A stretch of DNA of 64,000 nucleotides from Sphyrna mokarran (lineage: Eukaryota): contig JAGIQG010000017.1 in the NCBI GenBank assembly GCA_024679065.1, positions 33,666,001 through 33,730,000 of the forward strand, read 5' to 3'. This document shows positions 60,775-64,000 of this stretch, piece by piece. Position 1 is the first letter of the stretch. Each line of letters opens with the position of its first letter. The notes under the pieces are model-generated. The model was not told where the DNA came from, ran no database searches, and saw only the letters and a list, made by a program, of their open reading frames with translations. Both the position numbers and the translations under genes were made by a program.

Positions 60775-62439
60775 GTGAGCTAGATTAACTTCAGTTTAAT
60801 TGCTGGTATAGATGGAAAATCCAGAAGACTGAAGCCAATATTTGGAGTGATGAAATATGATTCACAATTATGAAAACCATCTAATCAGCTTGCACCACTG
60901 CAGAAAGGCTGGGACCAGCTCAAAGTAAGTGACGCACACATCTGTCCTTCAAGAGCTATTTATCAAGGTTGTATAATTTAAATAATCCATGCAAGCTTTC
61001 TAGCTTTAGCCTGCTGGTAATGAGAGAAAGAGAAGAGAATCCTGCTCTTTTAAAGTGAGATGGTAAGCTAAAAAGAATTGACACATGGGTCAAAAGTTTA
61101 CAGCAGATAATTTGTATAGCTAGTCAATAGTCCATATCCGTGTACATACAGTAAATGTCAATTAAGCAATCTTTAAGGCTAAATTTTGAGCCTAGATTTT
61201 TGTCCCTTAGGTGCACAGAGTCAAGAGATGTCCCAGCTAAGCACACCAGACCTTTAAAAATGCACATCCATAGCTTGGAATTTTTGGTCCAGGTGCAGAA
61301 GGTCTGGGGTCAACTGAAATACATTTGTTTTTACTGAAATCTAAAAAACAATAAGACAAAAAATATCCTTCTAGCTCTTACCTCTCACCACCCCAAACAC
61401 TCCCTATGTACCAGTCATGCCAACTTATGCCTACTCATTCCCCTCTTCCCACCTTCATACCCATTATATCTTATGCCAACTTAGTGTCAATTCATTGCAA
61501 ATCCATGGCCTCCCACATAATACCTATTTCTCTGACCCTCTCCATGCCAACTCACTTAGTATCTTTGGACACATCCTTGACAGCTTTGACACTTCCAGGA
61601 CAGCTGGACAGTTCCTTGAAAGTTCCATGATGGTTTGACAACTCCTTGGCAGATGGACAGCCTCTTGACAGCTAAACTGTTCCAGTGAGTTTGTGCATAA
61701 AAAAAGCAGATAATAACATTCAGTTCAAACAATCCCCAAAAGTGCCTGACGCCTCCCAAATGTGCTGCAGGACCCTATACCAAGGGCTGCCATGTTTCTC
61801 CAAAGGGATACTCTGGCTATTCAACTTCAGGCCTCCTCTTATCTGGTCTGCTCTATACATTCTATGACTCATGAAGCTAGGATTCAAAATTCTGAAGTCA
61901 GTGAAGGCTATTGGTGATTTAAATGACCAGCTGCCCTCACGACTCATGCTTGTGCAAAACCCCAGCCTCATCTCACTCCCACCTCCATGAAGATGGGAAA
62001 TATCAGGTTTTCTGGGGAGGTGAGTGTCTTTAAAAATTCTACCATTTTTGGGATTTTCACTAGAGATACTCTGTTGGAATGAAAATCTGAACTTCATAAT
62101 TCCAGTTGTAACTATTAATGGTTCCACATATATTCTGTAATGATCATTGTCATTATGTAGCTGCCATTCTTGAAAAACAGCATTGTCACTTTCTGAAAGT
62201 TTATTGTCGTCATGCTTGCTGTTGGGCTGATTCCAACCTATCATTTTTTTGCCAATTACATTGCAAGTATCTTTCAAAATATGTGAAATCTATTGAAACT
62301 ATAAATAAACCCTCAAATAATTGATGTATCCCCAAAATATATTCTTTTCATCAGAGATTTATTTATGCAAGTAGGTTTTACATCTGCCAAAATAATGTCA
62401 TAAAACCTTGGATTAACGATCCAACAGGAAAGATTCATA

Positions 62440-63025
62440 TAATCATAGAACAATACAATACAGGAGGTCAGTTAGCTCATTGTACCCTTGCTAGCTCTTT
62501 TGAAGAGCTTTCACTTTGTCCAATCTCCTAATTCTTTCCTTATAGCCCTGTACATCTTTCCTATTCAAGCATTCATCTAATTCCCTCGTGAAAGTTGTGA
62601 TAAAAATGGCTTCAATCACTTTCGGGCACTACATTATAGATCGTAGCAACCTGCTGTCTAAAAAACACTGTCATCTCCATGCTACTTCTTTTGGATATTT
62701 ATCTTAATTCTGTTTCCTTTGGTTACTGATTCCTTCTATGACTAGAAACAGTTTTTCCTTATTCAATTTAACCAAATCTTTCATGACTTTGAACAGCTCT
62801 ATCAAATCTTCCTTGAATTTTCCATGCTCTAAAAGCAAATTGTTCCAATTCCTTGAGTTTCTCCATATAACTGAATTACCTGGTACTATCCTCAGATCTG
62901 TACTCCATCCTCTCAAAGGCTTTGACATCCTCCCTAATGTACAATGCTTGGAATTAAACATTGTTGGGGCCTTAAGTTATAACGATTTAGCATAACTTCC
63001 TTGGTTTCATATTTTATAGTCCCAA
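62440..63025 (-). mobile_element. Old CR1 LINE 3' fragment
   Basis: Minus-strand KEDLIELFKVMKDLVKLNKEKLF matches CR1 RGDLIEVFKIM.G.D.V..EKLF, and the tail is at about 62445. Confidence 0.8.
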
Positions 63026-63674
63026 TATTTACTGGGAGGTGTGGCGAGGAGAGAGCAGAAGTATCCATTATCCAGGGAAAAACCATGAACTGCAGGAACA
63101 TTGAGGACCTGACTGACCCTCATCAATCCTTTATTATCTCTATTTGTGGGTCAGAATGCATAGTTGGCTGATTGCTGGGTAGGAAAGCTTCTGGTAGAAG
63201 GCTGTGTTCAGAAACTGCTGGAACAGTTCCTTCTGCAATCAGAGAAGATTGTGGCATGGGTGAGGGCAGAATAGTTGTTCGGGATGTGTCAGCCAGTCGC
63301 GCGAAGGGTGGTATTGCAGGAATGGAGAAACAATATGTGTGGGGGGCAGAGAGATTAAGAATGGAAATACCCTAGCAGAAGCAATGATGAGAAAGCGTTA
63401 CAGGCTAGATTTGCCAACTCCAGGCTCCCTGTAACTGTTTAGTTTCCTGAACTGCACATAACTTTAAATTTCCAAATCCAAGGAATTGAACCTCAATTAA
63501 ATATTACAGTCTCCGCAGCTGCCTCCGCATCTACCACAGCTAAACTGGAAGTAAGTGTGTTCTGGTGGGTTTCACATCTTCACTGGTTTAACTCATCAAC
63601 CCTATTGTCGCAGATCTACTGTCACTCCAGACTCTGACTAAGTTTTAAATAACTGCATCATCTTGCAGGCAGAA

Positions 63675-63950
63675 CTACTGCTTCACAGTGCCTGGGACCT
63701 GGGTTCAATTCCTGATTTGGGTCACCATCTGAGTGGAGTTTACACATCCTCCCTGTGTCAGCATGGGTTTCCTCCGAGTGCTCCAATTTCTTCCCACATT
63801 TCAAAAATATGCAGGTTAGGTGGATTGGCTGTGCTAAATTGCTCCTTAGTGCCAGAGGTCTAGCTCAGGTAAATACATGGGGTTATGGGAAGAGGCACAG
63901 ATGGGATTTGATGGGCCAACTGGCCTCCTTCTGCACTGTACGATTCTACG
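63675..63950 (+). mobile_element. HE1/V-SINE-like SINE
   Basis: ctgcttcacagtgcctgggacctgggttcaattcc...ggcctccttctgcactgtacgattctacg spans head to tail. Confidence 0.88.
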
Positions 63951-64000
63951 AAAGGGAATCTGGTGAAGGGATACTGGCTGCTGGGAAATTTGTCTGGAAT

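Noticed and set aside
61720-62277. Longest ORF (185 aa)
   Set aside because: It has no recognisable domain. The C-terminal part overlaps a probable decayed transposon with only a faint resemblance to a Harbinger Myb/SANT protein, which is too weak to call.

Overview
This is eukaryotic, vertebrate DNA: AT-rich, CpG-depleted and repeat-dense, with no prokaryotic gene architecture. The repeat content points to a cartilaginous fish, most likely a shark. It includes many HE1/V-SINE-like copies, a second tRNA-headed SINE family, Deu-core (SacSINE1-like) SINEs, CR1 (HER1-like) and L2 LINE 3' fragments, Penelope-like terminal repeats, and PIF/Harbinger transposase relics with related MITEs. I recognise no intact host protein-coding gene, so the window is most likely intronic or intergenic, and almost all listed ORFs are spurious or repeat-derived. 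The most notable structures are: (1) dispersed Penelope-type repeats carrying degenerate minimal hammerhead-ribozyme motifs, including a back-to-back palindromic pair at 55367-55440; (2) a 50-bp tandem array with 150-bp higher-order structure built from the SINE 5' head (21481-21827); (3) two Harbinger transposase relics that independently lost the central catalytic region; (4) several nested insertions; and (5) two unassigned candidate exons. Family names come from my recall of consensus motifs, not from a database search, and boundaries are approximate. I found no well-supported novel protein system.
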